Assembly (NCBI RefSeq): GCF_964204645.1
Contig: NC_134027.1
Coordinates: forward strand, 25,630,560-25,694,559
Direction: 5' to 3'
DNA from: Tubulanus polymorphus
Taxonomy: Eukaryota > Animalia > Nemertea
DNA length: 64,000 nt
Made by a program: the position numbers and the translations under genes. The notes beneath the pieces were generated by a model that searched no databases, was not told where the DNA came from, and saw only the letters and a program-made list of their open reading frames with translations. Positions 51,135-63,785 of the stretch are shown piece by piece; position 1 is the stretch's first letter, and each line of letters begins with the position of its first letter.

Positions 51135-52740
51135 TCTGTCTACCTGGCCATACCTCTCCTTATCCTAGTGTCTGCGTGGCTATACCTCTCCTCTTACTGT
51201 CTACCTGGCCATACCTCTCTTATCCTAGTGTCTACCTGGCCCTACCTCTCTTACCCTACTGTCTGCCTGGCCCTACCTCCCTTACCCTAGTGTCTACCTG
51301 GCCCTACCTCTCTTACCCTACTGTCTGCCTGGCCCTACCTCCCTTACTCTAGTGTCTACCTGGCCATACCTCTCTTACCCTAGTGTCTGCCTGGCCCTAC
51401 CTCTCTTACCCTAGTGTCTACCTGGCCCTACCTCTCTTACCCTACTGTCTGCCTGGCCCTACCTCCCTTACCCTAGTGTCTACCTGGCCATACCTCTCTT
51501 ATCCTAGTGTCTGCCTGGCCCTACCTCTCTTACCCTAGTGTCTGCCTGGCCCTACCTCCCTTACCCTAGTGTCTACCTGGCCCTACCTCTCTTACCCTAG
51601 TGTCTGCCTGGCCCTACCTCCCTTACCCTAGTGTCTACCTGGCCATACCTCTCTTACCCTAGTGTCTGCCTGGCCCTACCTCCCTTACCCTAGTGTCTAC
51701 CTGGCCCTACCTCTCTTACCCTAGTGTCTGCCTGGCCCTACCTCTCTTACCCTACTGTCTGCCTGGCCCTACCTCTCTTACCCTAGTGTCTACCTGGCCC
51801 TACCTCCCTTACCCTACTGTCTGCCTGGCCCTACCTCCCTTACCCTAGTGTCTACCTGGCCATACCTCTCTTACCCTACTGTCTGCCTGGCCCTACCTCC
51901 CTTACCCTAGTGTCTACCTGGCCATACCTCTCTTACCCTAGTGTCTGCCTGGCCCTACCTCTCTTACCCTAGTGTCTGCCTGGCCCTACCTCCCTTACCC
52001 TAGTGTCTACCTGGCCCTACCTCTCTTACCCTAGTGTCTGCCTGGCCATACCTCTCACCCTAGTGTCTGCCTGGCCCTACCTCCCTTACCCTAGTGTCTA
52101 CCTGGCCCTACCTCTCTTACCCTAGTGTCTGCCTGGCCCTACCTCTCTTACCCTACTGTCTGCCTGGCCCTACCTCTCTTACCCTAGTGTCTACCTGGCC
52201 CTACCTCTCTTACCCTACTGTCTGCCTGGCCCTACCTCCCTTACCCTAGTGTCTACCTGGCCATACCTCTCTTACCCTAGTGTCTGCCTGGCCCTACCTC
52301 TCTTACCCTAGTGTCTACCTGGCCCTACCTCTCTTACCCTAGTGTCTACCTGGCCCTACCTCTCTTACCCTACTGTCTGCCTGGCCCTACCTCTCTTACC
52401 CTAGTGTCTACCTGGCCCTACCTCTCTTACCCTACTGTCTACCTGGCCCTACCTCTCTTACCCTAGTGTCTACCTGGCCCTACCTCTCTTACCCTACTGT
52501 CTACCTGGCCCTACCTCTCTTACCCTAGTGTCTACCTGGCCCTACCTCTCTTACCCTACTGTCTGCCTGGCCCTACCTCTCTTACCCTAGTGTCTACCTG
52601 GCCCTACCTCTCTTACCCTAGTGTCTACCTGGCCCTACCTCTCTTACCCTAGTGTCTACCGGGCCATACCTCTTTTATCTAAGTGCCTGTGTTGTCTTAT
52701 CTGGCCCTACCTCTCTTACCCTAGTGTCTGCCTCATTCTA
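51135..52740. repeat. 31-bp minisatellite, ~50 copies
   Basis: ctggccctacctctcttaccctagtgtctac. Confidence 0.97.
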
Positions 52741-53517
52741 CCTCTTTCACTTAAGTGTCTACCTCTTCATACCGTGCTCACCTCAGTTCAGTACCTGGCC
52801 CCCTGCAAATTCTGTTTATATTTCAACAATTTCGAACGAGTTCACCCTTTTTAAAACGCAGTCGACGACCGACGTGTATTGATTCAGTTTTTCTTCCCTG
52901 CTATTTCGTTCGTTTGTTCGTCGGTTGTTTATCAGTTCGTTTCAATCATTCAGACGTTGTTTTTCTCTCTAGATGATTTTCTTCAGACGCTCTATTGTTC
53001 CCATCTGAACGCGCGTTCTGAAGAAACAAGATACGAACATTCCCCCATCGAACGCGGCGTTCAAGTATTCAACCACGATGATAACCGACGATATCTCGGC
53101 CCCTAGTTGCTTTTTGCGTCGAGGTTCTTTTTGATGATTTTCTATACGTGGAATATGCGTAGATTCTGAAGTGCTCCAAAGCTGAGCAGTATGCAAATGC
53201 GGTATAAATCTTATATAACTCCTAAGAGTCAACGATTTTTGTACTTCAAGTCTGAGGAAAAGTCTCGCGAGTTTCTGCATCTTGATTTAGACGTTTCTAG
53301 AGAGTATTTTCTAGAGCCAGTTTCGATCAGTGTCCCCCCGCCGTCGAAGGTCGGTGGTATCGCAGTTCGCCTTTTGAAGTTTCTAATCAGGAAAACATGG
53401 AAATGAATTGAATCAAACATCTTCTACATTGTGGCGAAAAAAAATGGTGAAATCATAACATCTTCAGAAATTTCTTTTTCATCTTTTAGTATCCCAACGG
53501 AAGATCTAGTACCTCAG

Positions 53518-53655
53518 GGGCCAGTTGCACAGTCTTGACTTAAGTCCAAAATTGGTCTTAAATCTTAAGACTGGTCTTAAGTTGTTAGATTGGCTATAGA
53601 ACTAAGTTGGTCTTAGACTGGTCTTAAGTCTAAGCCATGACTATGCAACTGGCCC
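53518..53655. mobile_element. MITE family B, near-intact copy (opposite orientation to 18377)
   Basis: Left gggccagttgcacagtc; right gactatgcaactggccc; flanks CAG and CTG. Confidence 0.85.
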
Positions 53656-55591
53656 CTGGATACTACCAAAAGTTTATCATCAAGAAAACTCGGAATCGAA
53701 TGGAATCAAACATCTTCTATCGGTTCTTTCAGATACTTCTTCTATTCATCTCATTTATTAGCATCCCGACGAAAAATCTAGTAGTACCTTTGGCACACTG
53801 CCAAACTTCAGCCCAATAAGAAATGTTAAGATATAGTGATTGTGGTTTTTAGTTAGGCAGGGTTTAGTGTAATCCGTATCAGTTCTGTTATTAGTTTTAG
53901 TTTCGGCAGGTATCCTATCGGTCGTCTCAGCTTTTAGTTCAGTGTGTTGTGTTTATTGTAGGTACATTCGTAACCAATATGGCTGCCAGTCAGCCCTATA
54001 CACTTGCACAGGGAAAAAAACCTATGATATTGCACCTGTAGATTTGAAATGAATATTACATTCCGCCCGATGATGGCTGTTAGGAATGAGCCGAAACCTT
54101 TTATGTCGACAAACCCTCGTCGATATGTTGAGATAACCTTGATACTTGGAATGGGCCTCTCATAAGAGTAAAGTTTGTTTCAGGTGTTTTCAAAATAAGC
54201 CCATGTGCATGTATCTGTACATGCTCATAATTCTATCAATTAAGAATTCTCAAAACTTACAACTATAGGAAAATTGGATGAAGTGGTTGAGTAAGAACCA
54301 AAAATTCGGCCCTACTTTGCTGTTGTGCTTTATCAATTTAGGTCTAATTTTAGGGCCATATTTCACTGCTGTTAATTAAGCGAAAATGAGTTCATTTTCA
54401 TTGATGAATTCGTGATGAATTAACTCACAAACGAGGACTGTAGGTTCTGGTTATTACGTCACTATTTACTGTCAAAACTCGCTGTTTGATAACAAAAAAC
54501 GTTCTCGACACTGTTTGTATCTTAATTTCTACGCGTTCAAAAGTCTCTATATTATATTTCCGATAATAAACCGGGTTTGATCAGACCCCGACGACGACGA
54601 CGTGTATTTTTTGAATAGTGTCTGGTTGCGCGTATAAACTTTGAATCAAAACCGTAAAGAGATAGCTCAGCGCGCTGTATTACTATTAGTAGTACAGGCG
54701 CCTCAGGGGGGCTTTTATGTAAAATAATCGATTTGAAGTATGGTAAAAAAAACTAGCAACGTTGACGTAAAATATATATATGTATATATATAGTCTGAAT
54801 ACTGATACTCCTGTATTCGTTTTAAAATGATCTGCTGATTATTTTTCCCCCGAAGAAACGTTTTAACGTTTTACCGGAAAAAAGTAAAGCGGGTATTTTT
54901 GCGTGTATGGAAATTAATTTTGACATTTACTAGCGATGATAGTCTAGGGGGAACTGATAGACAGTATCGATTTAGTTTAGCTATATTGTTCCCGTGTGTG
55001 TGGTGTAAATGTCATAAGGTGTTTGCTTCAATGGAAGCGATGTCTCGTCGCTTACTGCGGCGATAGAGGATTCGCTCACTGTCTGCCGGTCGCGGGGGCT
55101 AACCAACCACCAGGTGGCGATAGTATGAATTAGATCGGGTTCTCTATTCTGAATGAATAGAAAAGAAAACGAAGAAAACTGAAGAAAATTTGTTATAATT
55201 GACTTGAAAATGGTGGTGAGCATACATGAACGATCTTCAGAAAACTTGAGTCCTGAAATGGCTAGAACGAATAAATGACATTTGGAAAATGTCTATGATC
55301 CGTTTTAGAAATAGCTAATTTTTTCACCGGGGCCTGGTTCCACAGTTCTGAGTTAAGATTTAACTAGTTGAAACTGATTTCAATGCTTTCAGTGGAAATG
55401 GTTGGCATCATTGGAATCAAATTTCGACCCAGAACTGTAGGACCAGGTCCAGTGTCGTAGCTGGGATGGAATTTAAAAATATTTAGGAATTTACCCCCAA
55501 AAAAATCAACATTGGATAAACATTCATGGTAACCGATGCGCCCCCTGGTGTAGATTTAGTGAATTTTAAGCGTAATTTTGTCTTATTTCAG

Positions 55592-55828
55592 TCGGAGGAG
55601 ATGCGACGGAGTCGGAGGCCGGATGGATCGAAGGTCTCGCCATTCTAATAGCCGTGTTCGTCGTCGTGTTGGTGACGGCGTTCAACGATTGGAGGAAAGA
55701 ACGTCAGTTCCGCGGTCTGCAAAATAAAATCGAACAGGAACACAAAATAGCGGTGATCCGAGGCGGAGAGGTCATACAACTGGTGGTCGGTGATATCATA
55801 GTCGGTGATATTGCGCAGGTTAAATACG
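55592..55828 (+). CDS. PMCA: PMCA coding exon 3 (TM2, start of actuator domain)
   Basis: [80 protein letters not shown]. 237 nt, acceptor tttcag, donor G|GTACGT. Confidence 0.97.
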
Positions 55829-56830
55829 GTACGTTTACTATTAAACCCTTTCATTGTTGACTCATTAATACCGGGAAGTGTTGAGGTTTGAAAATTAAAA
55901 AAAAATCCAGCCCAGTACGTCGAATAACTGCTCTAGTGCATCTACACTGCGGTGCGGTGTATTGTTAGTTACTGGTATTACTGGTTGGTTACTGGTATAT
56001 TTCGCTGTTTGATAGGTGCTGCCATCTTTCAGTACAGATAACACTATCAGCTGCCATCTTTCAGTACAGATAAAACTATCAACTTCTAGCAAAATCCATG
56101 ACTGATTTATACACCGCACTGTGGTGTAGACACTGAAAGGGTTAAATTCTACTGCTCGCTAGGAAATCCGGTTCTAAAAGTGGGTTAAGGTCAACTGACA
56201 ACTGCTCCCGAAAAATCTGGTTCTAAAAACAAGCGTAGGTTGCTTGCGATATGCAATCGGTTGTAGCCGGTCGCAAATGACGGCGATTGGACTGTCAGCG
56301 ACAGAATAACCAGTCTTGCAGTTGCAAGAGCGGACCAGACAGTCGCGTCGCGTCGGATCACAGAAAGGAGAACATGTGCGACTGGTATCATTGGCACTAC
56401 TGTGATTTGTCGATTGTGGTCACTTGAGGGCCACTAGACGGGGCTGTATGCCATAAAATGGCGTCTGTAAATACCTCCACATCGCATGGGGCGTGTAGGT
56501 CGATGGGTCTTCGCGACCCAAAAAAGTCGCGACGAATCCCAAGCAATTGCGAGCGAGTTCCAAAGCTGTCGGTTTAGTTCGACGACTTTAACGCCGAATA
56601 TCAGTTCGTTGTTTCCAACGTTTCAACAACCGTGAACTGTAATAACCCGGATGATGACGGGTATAATGACAGGAAAGATTAAGTATCTCAATGAAAGTCA
56701 GTCGAGCTGCAGTGATTTTACGTCTGCTAATAACGAAAGGAGATAAAATGTTTTCACATTTGCATTCGACGACGACGACGATGACGAAAGCGTCGTGAGC
56801 TGGCATGAAGGACATCGATCTCGAATCTCT

Positions 56831-56831
<1 letters not shown>

Positions 56832-56882
<51 letters not shown>
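56832..56882. repeat. (CAG)17 intronic microsatellite
   Basis: Uninterrupted triplet run. Confidence 0.97.
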
Positions 56883-56885
<3 letters not shown>

Positions 56886-57804
56886 GAGGGAGGCGGTATG
56901 AATAAACCATCGTTTAAATCGATGATTGATAAGTTGAACGCGTACGTTACGATTGATTTTAGATTCACGCACATGAAACGACGTGACATTAATTCATTCT
57001 AAACTCTGTTCGTCGTGATTAAAACGTCGATAGTTTATAATGTCAACGGCCGCGGCGACACATTGCAAGCCAGTTGAAAACTTTGATTATTTCATTATCT
57101 TTACTGTGTTCGGTTTCAGCACTAGTAAGCCCAGCCGATAGTACATGTGGTTTTTTCCTATATAACAAAACCAGTCTTATAATTGAAGATTTTCAGGTGT
57201 TCATCTGCATTCCAAAACTTTCAAGCGAAAATCAAAGGGACTTCTTAACCTATTTCCCTTGATGACTGGTGCCATATTGAGGTGTTTTGTGTGGCCCTAT
57301 TTGTTTCATTATTTCAGAGCTGACAACTGTTCCTGATTTTCAGTATTTGTTACTATTTCATGGTTCTGACTTCTCAATACTGGTCTCATATTGGCTACGA
57401 CAAGGATAGAGTCTTAAGCCCTCACTTTCGCTGGAATAACTTCAGTTAGATCCGATATTTTTCGTAGCTATAATATTTATGAGTACAGTGGTATTAGTTA
57501 GTGACTGCGCGCGAATGATACTTATTTAATAATCCTCGTCGCCCCGCGAATGGTAGAATATGTCGGTGCTAAAACGAGAATAAAAATTGATATTCATGAC
57601 GAGAAGCACCGGTTCGCAGACTGTAGCTGCAAACATTAATCACAATGTAATAAAACCGAGATAAATCTGTCCATATCTGAGAGAGGAGAGAGATAGAGAG
57701 GACAGAGAGTGGCCAGTGTTATCACTGCAGTGATCAGTGAGCCACTACAGCGTGTAGTAAAATACCACTGGGCACTCAGTCAGCCAGTCTCTCAGTAATA
57801 GCAC

Positions 57805-58890
57805 TGCTGGTATAACCGGTGTAGTTGGTAAAGCTGGTACATCGGGTTTAGGCTGGTACAGTTGGTATAGCCAGTTTAGCTTGGTAAAGCTTGTACAGAT
57901 GGAGTAGCTGGTATAGCTTAGTAAAGCTGGTACAGATGGTATAGCTGGTATAGCTTAGTAAAGCTGGTGCAGTTGGTATAGCTGGTATAGCTTAGTAAAC
58001 CTGGTACAGATGGAGTAGCTGGTATAGCTTAGTAAAGCTGGTGCAGTTGGTATAGCTGGTATAGCTTAGTAAAGCTGGTACAGTTGGTATAGCTGGTATA
58101 GCTTAGTAAAGCTGGTACAGATGGTATAGCTGGTATAGGTTAGTAAAGCTGGTACAGATGGTATAGCTGGTATAGCTGGTATACGTTGGTAAAGCTGGTA
58201 CAGTTGGTATAGCTGGTATAGCTTAGTAAAGCTGGTACAGTTGGTATAGCTGGTATACATTGGTAAAGCCAGTATAGTTGCTATACGCTGGTACAGTTGG
58301 TACAGCTGGTACAGTTGGTAGAGTCGGTTTAGTTGGTATAGCTGGTATAGCTCATATAGTTGGTACAGTTGGTATAGCCAGTTTAGCTTGGTAAAGCTTG
58401 TACAGATGGAGTGGCTGGTATAGCTTAGTAAAGCTGGTACAGTTGGTATAGCTGGTATACATTGGTAAAGCCAGTATAGTTGCTATACGCTGGTACAGTT
58501 GGTACAGCTGGTACAGTTGGTAGAGTCGGTTTAGTTGGTATAGCTGGTATAGCTCATATAGTTGGTACAGTTGGTATAGCCAGTTTAGCTTGGTAAAGCT
58601 TGTACAGATGGAGTAGCTGGTATAGCTTAGTAAAGCTGGTACAGTTGGTATAGCTGGTATAGCTTAGTAAAGCTGGTACAGTTGGTATAGCTGGTAAAGC
58701 TTAGTAAAGCTGGTACAGTTGGTATAGCTGGTATACATTGGTAAAGCCGGTATAGTTGCTATACGCTGGTACAGTTGGTACAGCTGGTATGGTACAGTTG
58801 GTATAGTTGGTATAGCTGGTATAGCTCATATAGTTGGTACAGTTGGTTTAGCCGGTATGGTTGGTACAGCTGGTAAGGCTGGTACAGTAA
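57805..58890. repeat. 10-bp-based satellite with higher-order duplications
   Basis: agctggtata / agttggtata / agcttagtaa units. Confidence 0.93.
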
Positions 58891-59379
58891 AGGCCGGTGC
58901 TGGTGTAAATCACTGTTATACAGCTGATATAGTGCAAGACTAGACGTTGAGGGTCAGTGCGGGATGCGTTGTCATGGTAATAGGTTCTTCTGTTTCCTAT
59001 TGAATCAGCTGCTATTGAATGATTCTCGTGATGGCGCAGGCAGCGCGGCGCGGCATGCTGTTACATCGATCTTGCTACTGATTGCTGTAACATCCCTTAA
59101 TTTCGATGGTGATGTTGATTGTTGTAACAGTGCTGTTGGTCAATGCGTAGCTGCGTTATTAACCCTTCACAAACCTCACAACATGTGGCGTATCGACATG
59201 TTTCGAAATTGAATTTGTTCATCGGCTTTCATCTAGATTTCTAGCCTTTTGAATAATACACTGATTATGCAAATCAGGCGTTAAGATAAACTCTAGATGA
59301 TCAGTACTTTTAATTGAAATTTCATGTCTGCATTCGAATGAGAGCCACAAAACTGAAACTTTAGAATGGGGTCATTCAA

Positions 59380-59540
59380 ACGAAACCCACATAACCGTGA
59401 AACTGGATCCAGAGTCATTTTTACACCACACACCTGTGGAACTGGATCCAGAGTCAAATTAAACCTACATAACTGTGGACCTGTTTCCAGAGTCAAACAA
59501 ACCCACACAGATGTGGAACTGGATCTAGATTCAAAACTGC
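59380..59540. repeat. Degenerate 39-bp MITE-A-related satellite
   Basis: ctgtggaactggatccagagtcaaatt. Confidence 0.85.
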
Positions 59541-60782
59541 GAAATTTATGGGTAGATTTTAATTGATTTTAAGAAGAAATCCAGCATAGATGTTGTAATG
59601 TACCCTAACAGTACATACACACCTGGTGGATGCTCACTTGCCAGGGTATGCGTTATTAGAAGTTCATATTGAATGTCGTATATGCGTGGGTTGCGCGGCA
59701 CTGCCGGCTATGTCACTCGTCTTAAGTTATACTCATTCGAGTGTAATACCAATATCATACGCTCCGGCGATCGAGGATCGTAGCTTCATTCCCCGTGGCT
59801 CCCAGTAACTAACTAGCTATCTGTTGGACTTTGCTGCCGCGCCAGTGGTCGGTATCTGTGTTGATAGCTCGTAAAAATCATACCAGCAGCAGCAGTAGCA
59901 GCAGTTATAGCCCCATTCTCTGCGATTGCCATTCAATTTGATACGTGGTAATTTAATAGCCGTATATAGTGAGTGAGTGAGTGAGTGAATGTATTGATCA
60001 GTTGTAATCAATATTAGAGATCGATATGTTTACTGTTCCTACTCCTACACTCTTTCTCTCTCTCTATCCTCGTGAATCTTAACCTCGGTACAGTTTAAAC
60101 AGCTGGCTCCACGGTTGTAAAACCGGCGTGCTTCCACTTCCACATGTGTCTTCTCTGTCATCCACGTGTGGCCGTTTTCACGATGATGATGATATTGATT
60201 CTCGAGTTTTATTCGATATATCTTTTATAGCGGAGGAATTCTACGCGAATAAAATCAGGTCGGCACCTGCTTTGGAAATATAAAACTCATCATCGAGTCT
60301 TGCCCAAAACCATATTCTAACATCCTTATTTACGACAAACAGGGGTTAGGTTGATGTGAAAATGAATATCTGCCGAGACTCAGAATTTATGCACAAGCTG
60401 TGCTGAAGTTAAAGAAATTAGGCTGAATTAGTCCAGTTTATGATCAGTAACTGTTTATGTTATGCAACCCCTTATGTTTTACCAAGAGAAAATGTATGAG
60501 AAATTGGAAAAATCCTGAAACCAGTAGCTCAAAATATGATAACTGGCGGATAAATACCATAGTAACAATAAACTTTTAATTGCTGCTATGTCAACTATCC
60601 ACTGGTTAACTCTAAACAACTTTTCAGCAACTGGTCCCTGGTATTTTGTTGTGAAATAAGGTGGGGAAAAGCCAATTGTAACTTAAGGATATGAAAAAAT
60701 GTGAAAACTCCAGAATTCATCAATCTCTGTTTCTGCTGTTACTTCTCAGTGCTTATATTTGTTTTTATTCGTCTAATTTCAG

Positions 60783-60908
60783 GTGATCTTTTACCGGCCG
60801 ATGGTATCATTCTACAGAGTAACGATCTAAAGATTGACGAGAGTTCGTTGACCGGAGAATCGGATCACGTGAAAAAAGGCGAGAATCTCGACCCAATGTT
60901 ATTATCAG
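60783..60908 (+). CDS. PMCA: PMCA coding exon 4 (actuator domain, TGES motif)
   Basis: [43 protein letters not shown]. 126 nt, acceptor tttcag, donor G|GTAAAC. Confidence 0.98.
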
Positions 60909-61819
60909 GTAAACAAACAACTTCCAATCCTGCAGCATCCTGTAGTATCCCAGGAGCAACTGCAGTTTACGTTTCCCTAATGGCAAAAATACATACAGAT
61001 TATGTATTTCATGTATGTTCGAAATTTGAAATGAAATTTGAAACACTATTCTTTAATAACACTAGCGCCACACATTGAAAAGGTGACCTTGACCTTAACT
61101 GCAGTTAGACCCAGACCTGAGTAAAACTCTTCATTTCAGGGTTCGTTCTAGTCCTGAAAATCCTGGAAAAGTTAAGGAAATAAGAAAGCTTTGATGAGGG
61201 ATCAGCCTTATTCACACTCTCCAAAACCTGCTAGCTAGTGACATCATTCCGCTAGCAGCCAATCTGAGCCCTGACCCTAGATCACCTGACCACCTGTGAC
61301 ATCATAACTGCAGCAGCCAATCAATTCATAACCTTATATCACCTGGCCACCTGTGACATGTAACCAGACACTGTGATCTGAACACCTGTGACATGAAACA
61401 GTAGACAGCCAATTGCCAGGTCACCTGACCACCTGTGACTTGTAATGAGCAACTCAAGCATTGACCTATTACTAACAACCACTCAGACATGTCGCCCTGT
61501 TTCTGTCTGAATAGAATACATGAATAAAACCTTATTCCACAGCATTTCAAATTACTTTAACTCTATCAAGAATTATTTATATTATATTAAAGTTAATTCT
61601 GTTAAAAAGTTGACTGACCCACTAGAACCAGTTAAATATCCTACTAGAAACAGCTATAAAAAAGAATTGTTTATGAATAATGCCAGCTGGGATTCTAAAT
61701 AAACCTCTGAAGATATTTAATATATAACTCCCTGGAGATATTTAACTCACATCTTTCTGACCCTATTTATGATACCACCAACTCTCATGATTGCACTATC
61801 ATGTCGAACAGAAAGATCC

Positions 61820-62128
61820 ATTTGAACCAAGTCTACTGTACCATCCAACTAAGATGTTGTTCTCAAGTCAAAAGATACGACTTGAGTGGAGTCTACTGTA
61901 CCATCCAACTCTGATGTTGCTCTCAATTCAAAAGATACGACTTGAGTGGAGTCTACTGCGCCATCCAACTCCCTCAAGTCAAAAGGTACGGCTTGAGCGG
62001 AGTCTTCTGCACCATCCAACTCTCTCAAGTCAAAAGGTACGGCTTGAGCGGAGTCTACTGTACCATCCAACTCCCTCAGGTCAAAAGATACAGCTTGAGT
62101 CGAGTTTACTGACCATCCACCCTCAAGT
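61820..62128. repeat. 51-60-bp tandem repeat
   Basis: gagtctactgtaccatccaact...tcaagtcaaaagatacgacttgag. Confidence 0.85.
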
Positions 62129-62263
62129 TTAACATCTTTATAGTGTGAAAGGTTCAGACATCAGTGCAGTCTATTATACAGAAGTTATGGTCAAATTTCA
62201 GACAATACATGAACAAAGAATCTTCCTAAATGTTGATGTCAATTTCTATTTTCCATTGAACAG

Positions 62264-62443
62264 GTACTCATGTGATGGAGGGCAGCGGTAAAATGCTCGT
62301 AACTGCGGTCGGTATCAACTCGCAGACCGGTATCATTTTCGCGTTGCTCGGCGCGTCGCAAAACGAGGGCGAAAAAGACAAAAAGAAAAAGAAGAAGAAG
62401 AGTGAAGAAGGTGGAGGTGAGAAAACAACACCTAACAACCCTG
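62264..62443 (+). CDS. PMCA: PMCA coding exon 5 (3' end uncertain: 62401, 62410, 62416 or 62443); gene continues beyond the window
   Basis: [60 protein letters not shown]. Acceptor aacag ends at 62263. Several in-frame GT donors follow. Confidence 0.9.
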
Positions 62444-63514
62444 GTGGGTTCGGCACAGCGCTAGTAGCTTTTATTACAACTCTGCTTATATCGGTGTACA
62501 GTCTACTGAATGTATATATGAAAAGGGAGCAATGCACCTCCTCGCCTCACTCCCCGCGTAATGCTTCAAATTAGGCAGGTTTCGATTGTGAGAATATCAA
62601 TTCCGAATTACGAACTCTCTACTGGCTGCTGCTTAACTGTTTAATGGATTATGCATTCCGGCATCGGTAGAGACCAATCGAAATCCTACCTTCAACTAAC
62701 TCTACAAAATTACCATATTTAGACCCGGTTTGGCGGTGATCAGTTATATTTGACTCTACAAGATCTAAATTGGACTGATCACTATTGAACTGGATTTGAT
62801 ATGAAATCTACACTTACTTCAACAGTTACCAGTTAGGTTTACGGGTATTTCTAATGAATTGAACTCAATATATCTCGACAATATTGAACCGTGTCTTGGA
62901 ACCAGTTTCAAAGTCGCTTGTAACTGTGCAACAAAAACCAGTTGCTCAGTCTTAAGACTTGTTTAAGACCAACTTAGTTCTATAACTGATCTAACAACTT
63001 GAAACCAGTCTTAAGATCACTTCTGTCACAGAAGTGTAATCAGGCCAAGGTTTCTAATGACTCCCTTTTCATCTTTGGTGTAAATGTGGTCGAAATGACT
63101 TCATTTCTCTATTTGTGCTTCTCTCATCGGTGTCGTCATTATTGAATGTCGTGTTTTAAAACTCGATCCAACGATGTCTGAGAAACTGCCACTTGAATTT
63201 CCATCTCGTCGAAGTTGAATCGAATTTGAAATTTTGATGATGTTCGTACGTATTTCATCGATTATGAAACCGTTTTTTCTAGCGGCTCTCGTCAAGCTTT
63301 CCTCCCGTTCCAGCCCTCCTCCCGTCTAGCTCCTCCGCGCACTGCGCCATAATTGAAAAAAACATCGTTTACCATGAATTCAATGCGGCGGTAATGATCT
63401 TCGCGTGTTTTTAGATTAGTAATTAATTAATTGATTGATGATTCGTTTTACACCTGAAAAACATTCACAGTCTCATTATTGATTTTCTGAACATTTGATC
63501 AAGCATTGATTATA

Positions 63515-63785
63515 GCTCTCCCTCTCTCTTTACCTCTCTTCCTCTCACCTCTTTACCTCTTTCTTTCCCCGCTCTCAGCCTCTCTCTCTCTTTGTCTCTC
63601 TATCTCTCATCTTCACTATCTTTCACCCTCTCACCTCCTCTACCTTACCATCTCCCCCTGTTCTCTTCATTCTATCCCTCTCTCCTGCTCCCTCTCACCC
63701 TCTCCCTCCTCGCTTTCACCCTTTCCTCTTTGTCTCCTCTCTCTTTCCTCTGTTCTCTCCCTCCCACCCTCTCCCCCCTCTCCCT
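63515..63785. repeat. Polypyrimidine low-complexity tract
   Basis: Almost entirely C/T. Confidence 0.9.

Noticed and set aside
56588-56989. Poly-Cys/Ala/Leu ORFs or a polyQ exon
   Set aside because: Intronic (CAG)17. On the + strand the Gln frame ends in TAG, and PMCA exons 3 and 4 join seamlessly without it.
60701-61078. Full ORF-track protein, and the other PMCA ORF extensions
   Set aside because: Only 60783-60908 is PMCA-like; the flanks lie beyond canonical splice sites.
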